From positions 1 to 62,689 of the forward strand of contig DATMDM010000098.1 of NCBI GenBank assembly GCA_035557795.1: a DNA stretch of 62,689 nt, read 5' to 3'. Source of the stretch: Thermoplasmata archaeon. Its GTDB lineage: Archaea > Thermoplasmatota > Thermoplasmata > RBG-16-68-12. This document shows positions 1-8,540 of the stretch, piece after piece (the stretch's first letter is position 1; the number at the start of each line of letters is the position of its first letter). The notes under the pieces were generated by a model that searched no databases, had not been told where the DNA came from, and saw only the letters and a list, made by a program, of their open reading frames with translations. Position numbers and translations under genes: made by a program.

Positions 1-329
1 AGGGCCATCCGCCGCGTCGTGTTCCCGACCGTCACCACGAGGCGGTTCTTGTCCTCATCATGGCGCAAGGCGATCGTCTCCCCGGCCTTCGCGAGCCGCA
101 GAATCTCCTTCATCTTGTCCATGTCGATGCCGAGCTCGCCCTCGTCCGCCTTGTAGGCCTCAAACGCGCCCCGGTCTAACGTCAGGTCGACCATCGCGAC
201 GTGAGCCGGATCGACCGCCTTGACCGTGACGGAATCCTTCCCGACGTTGAACTTCGCTTCATCCACGAGGGTCGAGACGACGTCGACGACCTCCCGGAGA
301 ACATCAGCCTTGACCTTCCCCTCGAACAA
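1..329 (-). CDS. pcn: DNA polymerase sliding clamp PCNA, N-terminal ~109 codons (gene runs off the left edge)
   Basis: Hand translation of the minus strand from TTG at 329-327 gives MFEGKVKADVLREVVDVVSTLVDEAKFNVGKDSVTVKAVDPAHVAMVDLTLDRGAFEAYKADEGELGIDMDKMKEILRLAK. This fits the archaeal PCNA N-domain pattern. It is absent from the ORF track because no stop lies inside the window. Confidence 0.8.
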   Translation of the reverse strand, partial: MFEGKVKADVLREVVDVVSTLVDEAKFNVGKDSVTVKAVDPAHVAMVDLTLDRGAFEAYKADEGELGIDMDKMKEILRLAKAGETIALRHDEDKNRLVVTVGNTTRRMA

Positions 330-403
330 CCACGGCTCCCCCCGAATTTCGGCGGGAAATCAGGTGGGCTGTTATAAAGGTTCCCGGGCGACGACGCGGC
401 GAC

Positions 404-718
404 TCAGTACTCGCGCCACGTGTGCTGGCACTTCACGCACCGATAGATGCGCGTCGTCGGCTCGTCCGCGGCGCGCGTCTGGCGCATGACCCAGAAGGCC
501 TCGTAGTGCCCGCACTTCGGACATTCGACCCGCGTCCTCGGCAGCGTCTCCGTGATCTCATCGAGGACGAGCGTATCGGCGGGCTTCTCTTTCCCCGGCC
601 GCGCGACCCGGGTGACGGTCGCGTCTTTTCCGGAAAGAGAACGCTCGTAGCCGCACGAATTGCAATGCACCTTCCCCTTCGCCGGATAGAGGAGCGAGCC
701 GCACTTCGGACAGAACAT
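404..718 (-). CDS. tfs: Transcription elongation/cleavage factor TFS (RpoM-like)
   Basis: 104 aa. N-terminal zinc ribbon MFCPKCGSLL...CNSCGY and C-terminal ribbon CPKCG...RAADEPTTRIYRCVKCQHTW, the TFIIS-type acidic loop ribbon. Confidence 0.9.
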   Translation of the reverse strand: MFCPKCGSLLYPAKGKVHCNSCGYERSLSGKDATVTRVARPGKEKPADTLVLDEITETLPRTRVECPKCGHYEAFWVMRQTRAADEPTTRIYRCVKCQHTWREY

Positions 719-765
719 GAGGGGACGGACACGCCAAAGACGCGTGCGATAAAAAGGTTGCGCGG

Positions 766-1917
766 TCAGAGCTTCGAGTGATCGTAATTCTTCAGTGCGC
801 GTTCAACAAATCGCTGGATCGCGCGCTCCTCGGCCTGCGAACGCGTGCGCGTCGGACGCGCGGGTGGCTCCCGCGACTCGGCCTCCTCTCCGTCGTCCTC
901 CGCCTCCCGGTGATGAGCGGGATGGCGGTGCTCCCGGCGATCCTCTGGGTGTCCATGAGAGACCCGATGGGTGCGAGAGGCGACGATCTCCTCGCCTTCG
1001 TCTTCGTCGTCGCCGTCCGCTTCTTCTTCGTCTCGGTGCCGCGGTCGGACCAGGCTGTAGCCGCCTGACTCACCGAGTTCCGCGGGAATCTTGCGGAGGA
1101 ACTCGAGGTAGTCCGCGTGGCCTCGACGATGGCGCGTCCGTCCCGGTGCGCCGACCGCCGCGGGATGCCCGTGGGCCCGTGCACGTACGGGCCGACGGGA
1201 TCGGTGGACCTCCTCGTCCTCTTCGTACGCCTCTTCTTCGTCGTCGACGTAGGGTCGCGCGCCGAGGATCGGCTGCACGAGGTTGACGCCGAGCGACGCA
1301 CCGGATCCGGAGCGCGAGAGGAGTTCGCGGCGGGTCTGCTCCGCGATCAAGCCGCCGATGTACGCGAAGATGACCACCATGAGGTATCCGTTCGTCCCCA
1401 TCCCGAAGGTCGAGGTCAAAGCCTCGACGAAGCCCCGCATGTAAGCGACCATGAAATCCTTGTATGGCGCGAGGAACGGCAGGATGCTCGAAGCCCCGTC
1501 GCTGACCACCATCGGCAAGGACGCGACGAAGTCGATCTGGTGCGACGCGAAGTTGTGCGCGTAGGCGACGTTCGCGATGTAGATGGCGAAGATGGGCATG
1601 AGCGCCGCGATCACCGCCTTGATCGGCGAGCCGGCCCGGCGACCTCCGACGTAGCCGGCGATCATGGGCCCGGCCGGTTGGATCCACCACAGCAGGAACG
1701 ACAGGATCAGGATCACGCGGGACGAGGACCAGAACGAAAACGGTGGCCCATCCCGATGGAAACGTCCGGCCTCGCCGTCGACCTCGATCCGGTAGACGCC
1801 AGGGGTGTGCGACCGGGTCCGCGCCTTTGGCTTTCGCCGCCTGCGGGGCGTCTCGTCCTCCTCGATGTCCCGGGAGCGACGGGGCCAGAGAAGCCACCGG
1901 AGTAGTCCCATTCCCAT
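766..1917 (-). CDS. Hypothetical multi-pass membrane protein with long acidic and His-rich C-terminal tail
   Basis: Start re-set to ATG at 1917 (MGMGLLRWLLW) because the upstream part of the tracked ORF overlaps the cupin gene. It has a hydrophobic core (ILILSFLLWW, IAALMPIFAIYIANV, LMVVIFAYIGGLIA). The tail is rich in D/E and H (HGHPEDRREHRHPAHHREAEDDGEE). Confidence 0.6.
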   Translation of the reverse strand: MGMGLLRWLLWPRRSRDIEEDETPRRRRKPKARTRSHTPGVYRIEVDGEAGRFHRDGPPFSFWSSSRVILILSFLLWWIQPAGPMIAGYVGGRRAGSPIKAVIAALMPIFAIYIANVAYAHNFASHQIDFVASLPMVVSDGASSILPFLAPYKDFMVAYMRGFVEALTSTFGMGTNGYLMVVIFAYIGGLIAEQTRRELLSRSGSGASLGVNLVQPILGARPYVDDEEEAYEEDEEVHRSRRPVRARAHGHPAAVGAPGRTRHRRGHADYLEFLRKIPAELGESGGYSLVRPRHRDEEEADGDDEDEGEEIVASRTHRVSHGHPEDRREHRHPAHHREAEDDGEEAESREPPARPTRTRSQAEERAIQRFVERALKNYDHSKL

Positions 1918-2050
1918 CCCAGCAAGGTCAAGTCGGACCTTTGTCTGACGGGTTGAGACCGCCCCCGAGCGTATTAATAGATTTGGTCGCGGCCGCGAGT
2001 TGACAAAGGAATCGCGTCGAGCGCAACGTCCGTCGACGAAGGTGGGCGGT

Positions 2051-2383
2051 TCATTTCCTCGGTCGATATCGATTGGGATCGTCGAAGAAGTCGATCGCTC
2101 GGAAGCCCGCCTTGAAGGACGCGGAATGGGGGATGCCCGCTGGCACGAAGTACTCGTCGCCGCGCCGGCACGTTCGCGTGGCCTTGTCAATCGTCAACTG
2201 CATCTCCCCGTCGACAACGATCCCCCACTGGGCACCGTGGCTGTGTTCCGGCACCATCGAATCCTCTCGCGCGAGGAACAACGTCGCCGAAGCCGTCCTT
2301 CCCTGCAGCAGCCACAAGGTCACCCCTCGGAGGGGCGTGTCCGCTTCCGGCAACTTCCGAACGAACTCCGGGAATCCCGCCAT
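2051..2383 (-). CDS. Cupin-domain protein
   Basis: Start at ATG 2383 (MAGFPEFVRKL). Cupin motifs EHSHGAQWGIVVDGEM and GDEYFVPAGIPHS. Confidence 0.7.
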   Translation of the reverse strand: MAGFPEFVRKLPEADTPLRGVTLWLLQGRTASATLFLAREDSMVPEHSHGAQWGIVVDGEMQLTIDKATRTCRRGDEYFVPAGIPHSASFKAGFRAIDFFDDPNRYRPRK

Positions 2384-2460
2384 GGTGGGGAATTCGCTCC
2401 CGCGGTTTGAAGGTCGCGGCCGGCAAAGGATAAGACCGGCCTCGTCGTTACGACGCATGG

Positions 2461-2892
2461 ATGGTCCTCTACGCGAAAGACATCGTGGAAGCGGAGTTCC
2501 TCACGATGCCCCCGCGATGTTCGGTGCTCGAGGCCGCGAAAGCGATGGCCACGCGGCGTCACGGGTTTGCGATCGTCATGTCGCCCGAAGGGACGCCCAT
2601 CGGCATCGTGACGGAGTGGGACATCCTCGCGAAGGTCGTCGCGCCGGGACGGAACCCGTCTGACGTCCGACTGCAGGACATCATGAGCCCGAACTTGGTG
2701 TCCGTCGACGCGAACGAGGGCATCGATCGCGTTGCGAAGCTCATGGCCCAGGACGGGACCCGACGGGTCCTCGTCACGAAGGACGGGAAGCTCCTGGGAG
2801 TGATTCGTGTGCAGACGATCCTCGCGCGCATGCGGGACTACATCGACTCGGTCAGCGCTCAGATCGCGCGGGCTCAGCTCCCGATTTTCTGA
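2461..2892 (+). CDS. CBS-pair domain protein
   Basis: 143 aa. Two CBS-like repeats (GFAIVMSPEGTPIGIVTEWDIL; RRVLVTKDGKLLGVIRVQTIL). Confidence 0.85.
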   Translation: MVLYAKDIVEAEFLTMPPRCSVLEAAKAMATRRHGFAIVMSPEGTPIGIVTEWDILAKVVAPGRNPSDVRLQDIMSPNLVSVDANEGIDRVAKLMAQDGTRRVLVTKDGKLLGVIRVQTILARMRDYIDSVSAQIARAQLPIF

Positions 2893-2965
2893 TCGCCCGG
2901 TCTTCGACTTACGAGGCCGGGCCAAGCCTGAAGCCAGCCCGGGTATGGACCTTCGGAACGAGTGT

Positions 2966-3127
2966 CTAATCCGGGTGGTCCCGGCATCGGACCTTCATGA
3001 CGCCGTCCCCGACCAGACGCCACTCGCATCCGCAGTCGAACCGTGCGGCGACGACTCGCGTCTTCGTCGCCGGGAACCGGAAGTCCATCGCGTCGCTCAG
3101 ACCCAATTCCACCGCCGTGACGGTCAT
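2966..3127 (-). CDS. Small hypothetical protein (53 aa), possibly translationally coupled to the glycosyltransferase
   Basis: The ATG at 3127 overlaps the GT2 stop (ATGA overlap at 3124-3127). Sequence MTVTAVELGLSDAMDFRFPATKTRVVAARFDCGCEWRLVGDGVMKVRCRDHPD. No recognisable family. Confidence 0.3.
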   Translation of the reverse strand: MTVTAVELGLSDAMDFRFPATKTRVVAARFDCGCEWRLVGDGVMKVRCRDHPD

Positions 3128-4119
3128 TGATCCACCGCCCTCCCCACTTGCGTCGTCACGGGGGAGCGTTGCAGCTCGCGGGTGTCCCGCGGGTTCAACC
3201 GCCGCATGAGAAGGCGCCACGCAATGAGGAGCCCCGTGCGGAGCGGGATCAGTTTCGCTTCCCCGATCCGGCAGGCGTAGTCGACCGGCAGCTCCTTCAG
3301 GTGCGCTCCGACCTCGCATGCGGATGCAAAGATGTCCGCCTCCAGGTCGAAGCTCTCGGCGGCCAAGCGGAAATGCTGGAGCGCGTCCTCCCGGAATGCC
3401 CACATCCCGGTGCAGACGTCGCTGATCGGGAACCCGAACAGGAATCGGGCGAAGCCGCTCAGGACCTCGTTGCCCAGCCGGTTCAGCGAGGTGAAGGCAC
3501 CGTCCTCGACGCGGCCGCGCAACCGGGAGCCCGCGACGACGTCGCACCCGGATTCCAGGGCCTCGACGAACTCCGGAATCTGTTCTGGGGGATACGTCCC
3601 GTCGGCATCGAGCATGACGTAGAGCCGGGGTCCGGGGATGTGCTGACGACTCCGATCGTTCATCAGGTGATCCAGCGCCTGGCGGACGCCGTTCCCCTTC
3701 CCGGCGCCGCTCTGCACGTAGATGCTCGCCCCGCGGTCCCTAGCGACCTCCGGGGTCCCGTCGACGGACTGGCCGTCCACGACCCAGACGTACACGTCGT
3801 AACCGGCACGCTTCAGCGATTCCATCGGGATTCGCTCGATGACCGATCCGACGGCCATCTCCTCATTGAGGGCCGGGAGCAGGACCACAATACTGCGTGT
3901 CCGGACGCCTTGGGGAGCCAGGTGCCCGCCCGGCCCACGTTCGTCGATGAGAGGTCGGGAACCCCCGAAGATCCCGCCTCCGTCCGGACTCGCCCGAATG
4001 GTCGCTCCCGACCCGGTCATCGGAATGTGTTGTCCGAAGAGGGACCGACGGAACCGCGGTCGAAACGACGGAGACTTTGGCCGACGGTCCTTGACACCTT
4101 TGGCAATCCCGAACCCCAT
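3124..4119 (-). CDS. Family 2 glycosyltransferase (dolichyl-phosphate sugar transferase-like)
   Basis: Motifs VVLLPALNEE, YVMLDADGTYPPE (DxD) and CDVVAGSRL. A GGAGAAGGAAG sequence lies just upstream of ATG 4119. An alternative ATG is at 4020. Confidence 0.85.
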   Translation of the reverse strand: MGFGIAKGVKDRRPKSPSFRPRFRRSLFGQHIPMTGSGATIRASPDGGGIFGGSRPLIDERGPGGHLAPQGVRTRSIVVLLPALNEEMAVGSVIERIPMESLKRAGYDVYVWVVDGQSVDGTPEVARDRGASIYVQSGAGKGNGVRQALDHLMNDRSRQHIPGPRLYVMLDADGTYPPEQIPEFVEALESGCDVVAGSRLRGRVEDGAFTSLNRLGNEVLSGFARFLFGFPISDVCTGMWAFREDALQHFRLAAESFDLEADIFASACEVGAHLKELPVDYACRIGEAKLIPLRTGLLIAWRLLMRRLNPRDTRELQRSPVTTQVGRAVDQ

Positions 4120-4223
4120 CTTCCTTCTCCGCGACCGAGTGGGCCGGCGAGGGTCAATAGGCGTATGTTTTGGACCGGTCCGGGCTCGTTAGCGTGTGTG
4201 GCCGACCGTCGAAGAGAGTGCAA

Positions 4224-4249
4224 AAGAACATCTAAGAACACAAAGAACG
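4224..4249 (+). promoter_or_regulatory. Three direct AAGAAC(A/G) repeats upstream of the first RHH gene
   Basis: AAGAACA at 4224-4230 and 4234-4240, AAGAACG at 4243-4249, with about one helical turn spacing, 33-58 nt upstream of ATG 4282. Confidence 0.4.
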
Positions 4250-4281
4250 ATGTGCTAGGATGCGTGAGGCAAGGGCGGTTC

Positions 4282-4818
4282 ATGCCGGGAAAAGCGAGCG
4301 TAACGAGGTCCGTCCGGATTGAAAAGGACGCGGACGAACGTCTGCGGCACCTGGCCGAACAGGGCGACACGAGCGTGAACACACTCGTCAACCGCGCGCT
4401 GCGGAAGTTCGTCGAGTGGGACGCCTACGGCGAGAAGTTCGGCTTCATCACGTTGCCCTCGGCGATGCTGATCAAACTCATGGACTGCCTCACGGACGAG
4501 GAGGCTCGGGAGCTAGGGATTTGGGCGGGGAAGAACCTGGTGAAGGAATACATCACGTTCTGGTTCAAGGAGGTTACACCAGAAACGCTGCTCGAAGGGT
4601 TCCCTAAGTTGCTGGCGAAGTATGGCCGGGCGTTCGCGTACGAGGAGCTCGAGGAGGGGGACCGGCGGACCATCATCCTCAAGCATGGGAGCGGCGCGAA
4701 ATGGTCGACGTTCTACGAGGAGGCCATCCGCACCGCATTCCGCGACCACCTCAAGAGAGAGGTCAAGGTCGAGAAGTCGGAGAACCAGGTCGTCGTCCGC
4801 CTCCGGCTCTACGAATGA
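4282..4818 (+). CDS. Ribbon-helix-helix (CopG-like) N-terminal domain protein, paralog 1
   Basis: Real start ATG 4282 (MPGKASVTRSVRIEKDADERLRHLAEQGDTSVNTLVNRALRKFVEW, an RHH pattern). The upstream part of the tracked ORF is antisense to the GT2 gene. Confidence 0.75.
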   Translation: MPGKASVTRSVRIEKDADERLRHLAEQGDTSVNTLVNRALRKFVEWDAYGEKFGFITLPSAMLIKLMDCLTDEEARELGIWAGKNLVKEYITFWFKEVTPETLLEGFPKLLAKYGRAFAYEELEEGDRRTIILKHGSGAKWSTFYEEAIRTAFRDHLKREVKVEKSENQVVVRLRLYE

Positions 4819-4896
4819 CCGTCCATCGCTCCGAACAAAGGATTAGATAGTTTGACCTATACGCTCCTTACTAGTTCTCCGGTCGGGAGGAGTGGG

Positions 4897-5430
4897 TTGC
4901 CCCCGAGTAGCAGTGTCACTCGTACGATCCGCATCGAGAGGGATGTCGACGACTTCCTCCGCAAGTTTGGCGAGCGGGAGGGGGTCAGCGTGAATCTCCT
5001 CGTCAACAAGGCCATCCGAAGGCTGGTCGAATGGGACATCTACGCGGAGAAGTTCGGCCTCATCGCGCTCCCGAGCTCCCTCATCGAGCGGATGATGGAA
5101 CGCCTCTCGGATGAAGAGGCGTCGGAGCTCGGACGGTGGGTCGGACAAAATCTCATCCCCGAGTTCATCACGTTCTGGTTCAAAGAAGTGAGTCTCCAAG
5201 CGATGGTCATCGGCTTCCCCCGCCTTCAATCCCGGTACGGCCGGGCCTTCGAATACGAGGAACACGTGGACGGCGGCAAGTGGACCATCATCCTCAAACA
5301 CAGTGCCGGCTCGAAGTGGTCCGTCTACTATGAAGCCCTGTTGAAGACCGCGTTCCGCGACATGCTGCAGACGGATCTCGTGATCGACAAGACCGACAAC
5401 CAAGTCGTCGCACGGTTTTCGATCAAGTGA
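4897..5430 (+). CDS. Ribbon-helix-helix N-terminal domain protein, paralog 2 (tandem duplicate)
   Basis: A TTG at 4897 preceded by GGGAGGAGTGGG gives (M)PPSSSVTRTIRIERDVDDFLRKF, collinear with paralog 1 along the full length (WFKEV, YGRAFxYEE, IILKHxxGxKWS). Confidence 0.75.
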   Translation: MPPSSSVTRTIRIERDVDDFLRKFGEREGVSVNLLVNKAIRRLVEWDIYAEKFGLIALPSSLIERMMERLSDEEASELGRWVGQNLIPEFITFWFKEVSLQAMVIGFPRLQSRYGRAFEYEEHVDGGKWTIILKHSAGSKWSVYYEALLKTAFRDMLQTDLVIDKTDNQVVARFSIK

Positions 5431-5467
5431 GCCTGGCGCGATCGTCTGGACCCGTTTGAAGCCGAGT

Positions 5468-5749
5468 TCACTTGTGGCCGAGGCTGGACAGGGCCTTCTT
5501 CTCGATCGCTTCCGCGAGCCATCCCATCGACTGGCGAAGGCCGAAGCACACGCGGTCGAGCTCGCTGTTCCCGGTGTCCGCCTTCGGGTTCTTGGCCAGC
5601 ATCATCGCCTTGACGACCGCCGAGTTCTGTTTCCCGAAGAAGTCTTCGAAGGCCCTCCAGTACGCGGCCTGGTACATCTTGTTGTCTTTCAGCCCCATCG
5701 GTCCGGCCAGGTGTACCACGAAGACTCCTCCGAGCGGTGGCCCCTTCAC
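5468..5749 (-). CDS. Small hypothetical protein, last gene of the KaiC-like operon
   Basis: 93 aa. The start overlaps the stop of the upstream KaiC-like gene by 4 nt (5746-5749). Confidence 0.55.
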   Translation of the reverse strand: MKGPPLGGVFVVHLAGPMGLKDNKMYQAAYWRAFEDFFGKQNSAVVKAMMLAKNPKADTGNSELDRVCFGLRQSMGWLAEAIEKKALSSLGHK

Positions 5750-6519
5750 TTCCGTCCGGGGATGTGTGGCATCCTGACCGTGATTCCGCGGTTGCCGATG
5801 TCGATCGGAATTGGTCCCATTTGGTGGTTCGTCCCCCTCATCTTCGTGATCTCGACGTAACGGACGCGCGCATCCCCCGCCACCGGCACCAGATGGAAGT
5901 GGAGGACACCGTCCGCGATGAATTCCTGCATCCCGGGGTTCGGGTTGACGTCCCCGAGGAGGCCCGGTGCGCTCTCCGTGATCATCAGCGTCGTGCAGCC
6001 GGCACCCCCGATGATCTTTCCGAGGAGCATGTGGGTGAACACGCGGATGTCGCCCTGGGTGCCGAACGCCTGCGACATCGCGGTGAAGGAGTCGATGACC
6101 AACCGGACGATGCCCGCATCGTCGATGTTGCGGACGATTTCCTCCCAGATCGCCGGCAGGCCCTCCGCGCTCAGCGTCGGCATCTCGAGGAACCGGAACA
6201 GATCTTTCTTCTCCAGCGGCAGCAGGTCGAGGCCGAGCCGGTTCATGTTCCGGAAATACGCCTTGCGCCCCTCCAGCATGGAGACGTACATCCCGGGCTC
6301 CCCGTTTTCGCGGGCCCCCTGATACAGGAATTGCGAGCCGAAGATCGTCTTCCCGGTCCCCGGTCGGCCCGCCAGGGTGATCAGGCTCCCCGTCGGGAAG
6401 CCGCCCTCGAGCAGTTCATCGAGCCCTGGAATCCCCGTCGACACCCGCGGATCCGGGTCCGGCGTTGACCGGACCACCGGGTCCGAAGTGGGACGGACGA
6501 GCACCTTCTCCGCCATCAT
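5746..6519 (-). CDS. KaiC-like / RecA-superfamily ATPase, single domain
   Basis: STGIPGLDELLEGGFPTGSLITLAGRPGTGKT (Walker A) and VRLVIDSF (Walker B). ATGA overlap with the upstream gene at 6516-6519. Confidence 0.9.
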   Translation of the reverse strand: MMAEKVLVRPTSDPVVRSTPDPDPRVSTGIPGLDELLEGGFPTGSLITLAGRPGTGKTIFGSQFLYQGARENGEPGMYVSMLEGRKAYFRNMNRLGLDLLPLEKKDLFRFLEMPTLSAEGLPAIWEEIVRNIDDAGIVRLVIDSFTAMSQAFGTQGDIRVFTHMLLGKIIGGAGCTTLMITESAPGLLGDVNPNPGMQEFIADGVLHFHLVPVAGDARVRYVEITKMRGTNHQMGPIPIDIGNRGITVRMPHIPGRK

Positions 6520-8042
6520 GCGGCCCCCTTCTTGGACTGAGTCAGAGAGGTCATGACCGTTTCGAAAAAGTCCGCGCGCACCTCGTGACGACGCCCGGGG
6601 AACGTCACGGACGGGGGCCGCTCTTTCTCGGGACCCGTATCCGACGTCAAGGAGATGTCTTCGAGCGGGATCAGCTCGAACTCCGGATAGCCGTGCCCGA
6701 ACGTGAACTGCAGCGCGTAGAAGCCCGTGCGGGGCTTCACGCCATAGAGGATCAGCGTACCCCAGCGTTGGCTCAGGACGAGATGGATCTGCGAGATGTT
6801 GGCGACCTTCTGCGTCAGCGCCAAGTTGGGTCGGGCCACGATCGACTGGATGTCCTTGTTCACCGCGGCCCGCGACGCGACCGTCGCGAGGAAGTTCATC
6901 ACGCCTTGTCCGTAGAAATTCTCAACGGTGTCGAGGGCCATGAGCATCCAAATCGTCTTTCCTTCCGCCTTGTACGCGCTGTAGGTCCCGAGCCACTTAT
7001 CGAAGTCCTCCGTGGGATTCAGGGAGAACTTAATCGCCACCGGGTCATCGACCTTGTCCGTCGTGAAGACGCGCATGTTCGCGTTGTACACGTCTTCCGG
7101 CATGAACTGGGTCGCGAACAGACGGGCCCGCGTGGGGTCGTAGTCGCTGTACGGGAACGCCATGACCGCGTTGTTCGTCGCCAGGAAGTTCAGCAGGGCG
7201 GTGAGAGGCACATAGATCTGGCCTTCGAACGGGACGTCTCCGCGGATCTCTAGGAGGACGGTCGAGCCCCGCGGCACGCCGCCGCCTAGGAGGGCATCGA
7301 TGTCGCGGCTCCCGGTGGACATGTGGGTCGCCGTGTTCTCCAACGGCCGGAACATCGACGTCCGTTCGGGCAGGGTGAAGGCGAACGGCTCGAGGTATCG
7401 GAGGCGACCTCCGGCCAGCGTGAAGAGATACCGTTCCTGTCGGATCGGCACCCCCCTCAACTTGCGAAATTCGAGTTCGCGGACTCTCCGGTCTTCAATG
7501 ACTCGTTGGTGAAGGACCAGGATCGCCTCCGCGAGTTGGTCCAACGTGCTGTTCGTCTCCGGATGTTCGCTGACGAGGACCATCCGCGCCCCGGTGTCCT
7601 CGAGGACGGCCATCAAGGACTGTTCGACTTTCATCCGCGCTTCGGAAGGCACATAATCGGCGATGCCTTCCCACGAGTCCAGAACGACGAGGGGATTGTC
7701 CATCGCCGACAGAAGGCGATGAAGACCCGAGACGACGTTGTTAGCCACGACGAATTGAGTCGGGTCAAATTCGAGGGTGGAGAAGAAGTGGATGTTCTTC
7801 TGGGCCGCGAGTTTCGAGAAGAGGGCGTGTTGAAACACGAGTTTGTCGGGATACGTTCGCGTCGAGATGTGGACGGTATCCCCCGACGATCGAAGGCGGG
7901 ACATGAGTTCCAAGGCCGCGGTCGTCTTCCCCGTCCCGGTCTCGCCCTTCACCAGGAGGAGCAGGGTCTTTCGGTCGAGCAATTTCTGTAACTCGGGGGG
8001 CAAAGGCATCTCTGGCGATGCCCCCCGTTCGAGCTTCAACAT
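6516..8042 (-). CDS. Two-domain KaiC-like protein; the second domain lacks a P-loop
   Basis: Domain 1 has LLLLVKGETGTGKT and LVVLDSWEG. Domain 2 keeps STGSRDIDALLGGGVPRGSTVLLEIRGDVP but has no GxxxxGK[TS]. AGGTGA lies 5 nt upstream of the ATG. Confidence 0.8.
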   Translation of the reverse strand: MLKLERGASPEMPLPPELQKLLDRKTLLLLVKGETGTGKTTAALELMSRLRSSGDTVHISTRTYPDKLVFQHALFSKLAAQKNIHFFSTLEFDPTQFVVANNVVSGLHRLLSAMDNPLVVLDSWEGIADYVPSEARMKVEQSLMAVLEDTGARMVLVSEHPETNSTLDQLAEAILVLHQRVIEDRRVRELEFRKLRGVPIRQERYLFTLAGGRLRYLEPFAFTLPERTSMFRPLENTATHMSTGSRDIDALLGGGVPRGSTVLLEIRGDVPFEGQIYVPLTALLNFLATNNAVMAFPYSDYDPTRARLFATQFMPEDVYNANMRVFTTDKVDDPVAIKFSLNPTEDFDKWLGTYSAYKAEGKTIWMLMALDTVENFYGQGVMNFLATVASRAAVNKDIQSIVARPNLALTQKVANISQIHLVLSQRWGTLILYGVKPRTGFYALQFTFGHGYPEFELIPLEDISLTSDTGPEKERPPSVTFPGRRHEVRADFFETVMTSLTQSKKGAA

Positions 8043-8081
8043 CCGCTCACCTAATTAGAGAGAAGAGGAATCTTAGGCAGC

Positions 8082-8089
8082 GATATATC
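8082..8089 (-). promoter_or_regulatory. TATA-like box for the KaiC-like operon
   Basis: GATATATC about 45 nt upstream of ATG 8042. TGTTCTT and TGTTCAC (AGAACA-type motif) lie at 8109-8124, just upstream of it. Confidence 0.4.
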
Positions 8090-8540
8090 ACCGCTGTGTG
8101 CTCCGATGTGTTCTTCTGTGTTCACCGAAGGTGAACCGGGCCGCCCGATCCATCTCGTTGGCGAATCGAGCGCAAGAAATCGTGTGATGACGCGACATTC
8201 TCCGAAGCGAGGCGCCGTGGCACACGCCGGTTGGCCCTTCGGCGCCCCGTCGGACCGACAGCGACCTCCCTTGTTCCTTCACCTCCAGCGCGACGGGAGG
8301 TGGTCCGCGGGGATGTACGCTATGTCTACTCTGTCATAGAACCGCACGCGGTGCGCTACAACCGAGGCAGGAGGAGATGGGAGTTCGGGCGCACCGATCC
8401 CCCGACCGGGTGGAACATAACCCCGCCAACTCGGCTTCGACGCGCAGCCTGAGACGGCCGGGGGATCTCGCTATCAAGAAGCGAAATGTGTACTTGTGTG
8501 TACATGACGGCCATATACCCTCAAACCGTTCGGCCTCGCG

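Noticed and set aside
3127-4281. N-terminal 385 codons of the 563-aa plus-strand ORF 3127..4818
   Set aside because: It is exactly antisense to the well-supported GT2 gene and has Arg/Pro/Gly-rich, low-complexity composition. The RHH protein clearly begins at ATG 4282 and aligns with its tandem paralog from that point.
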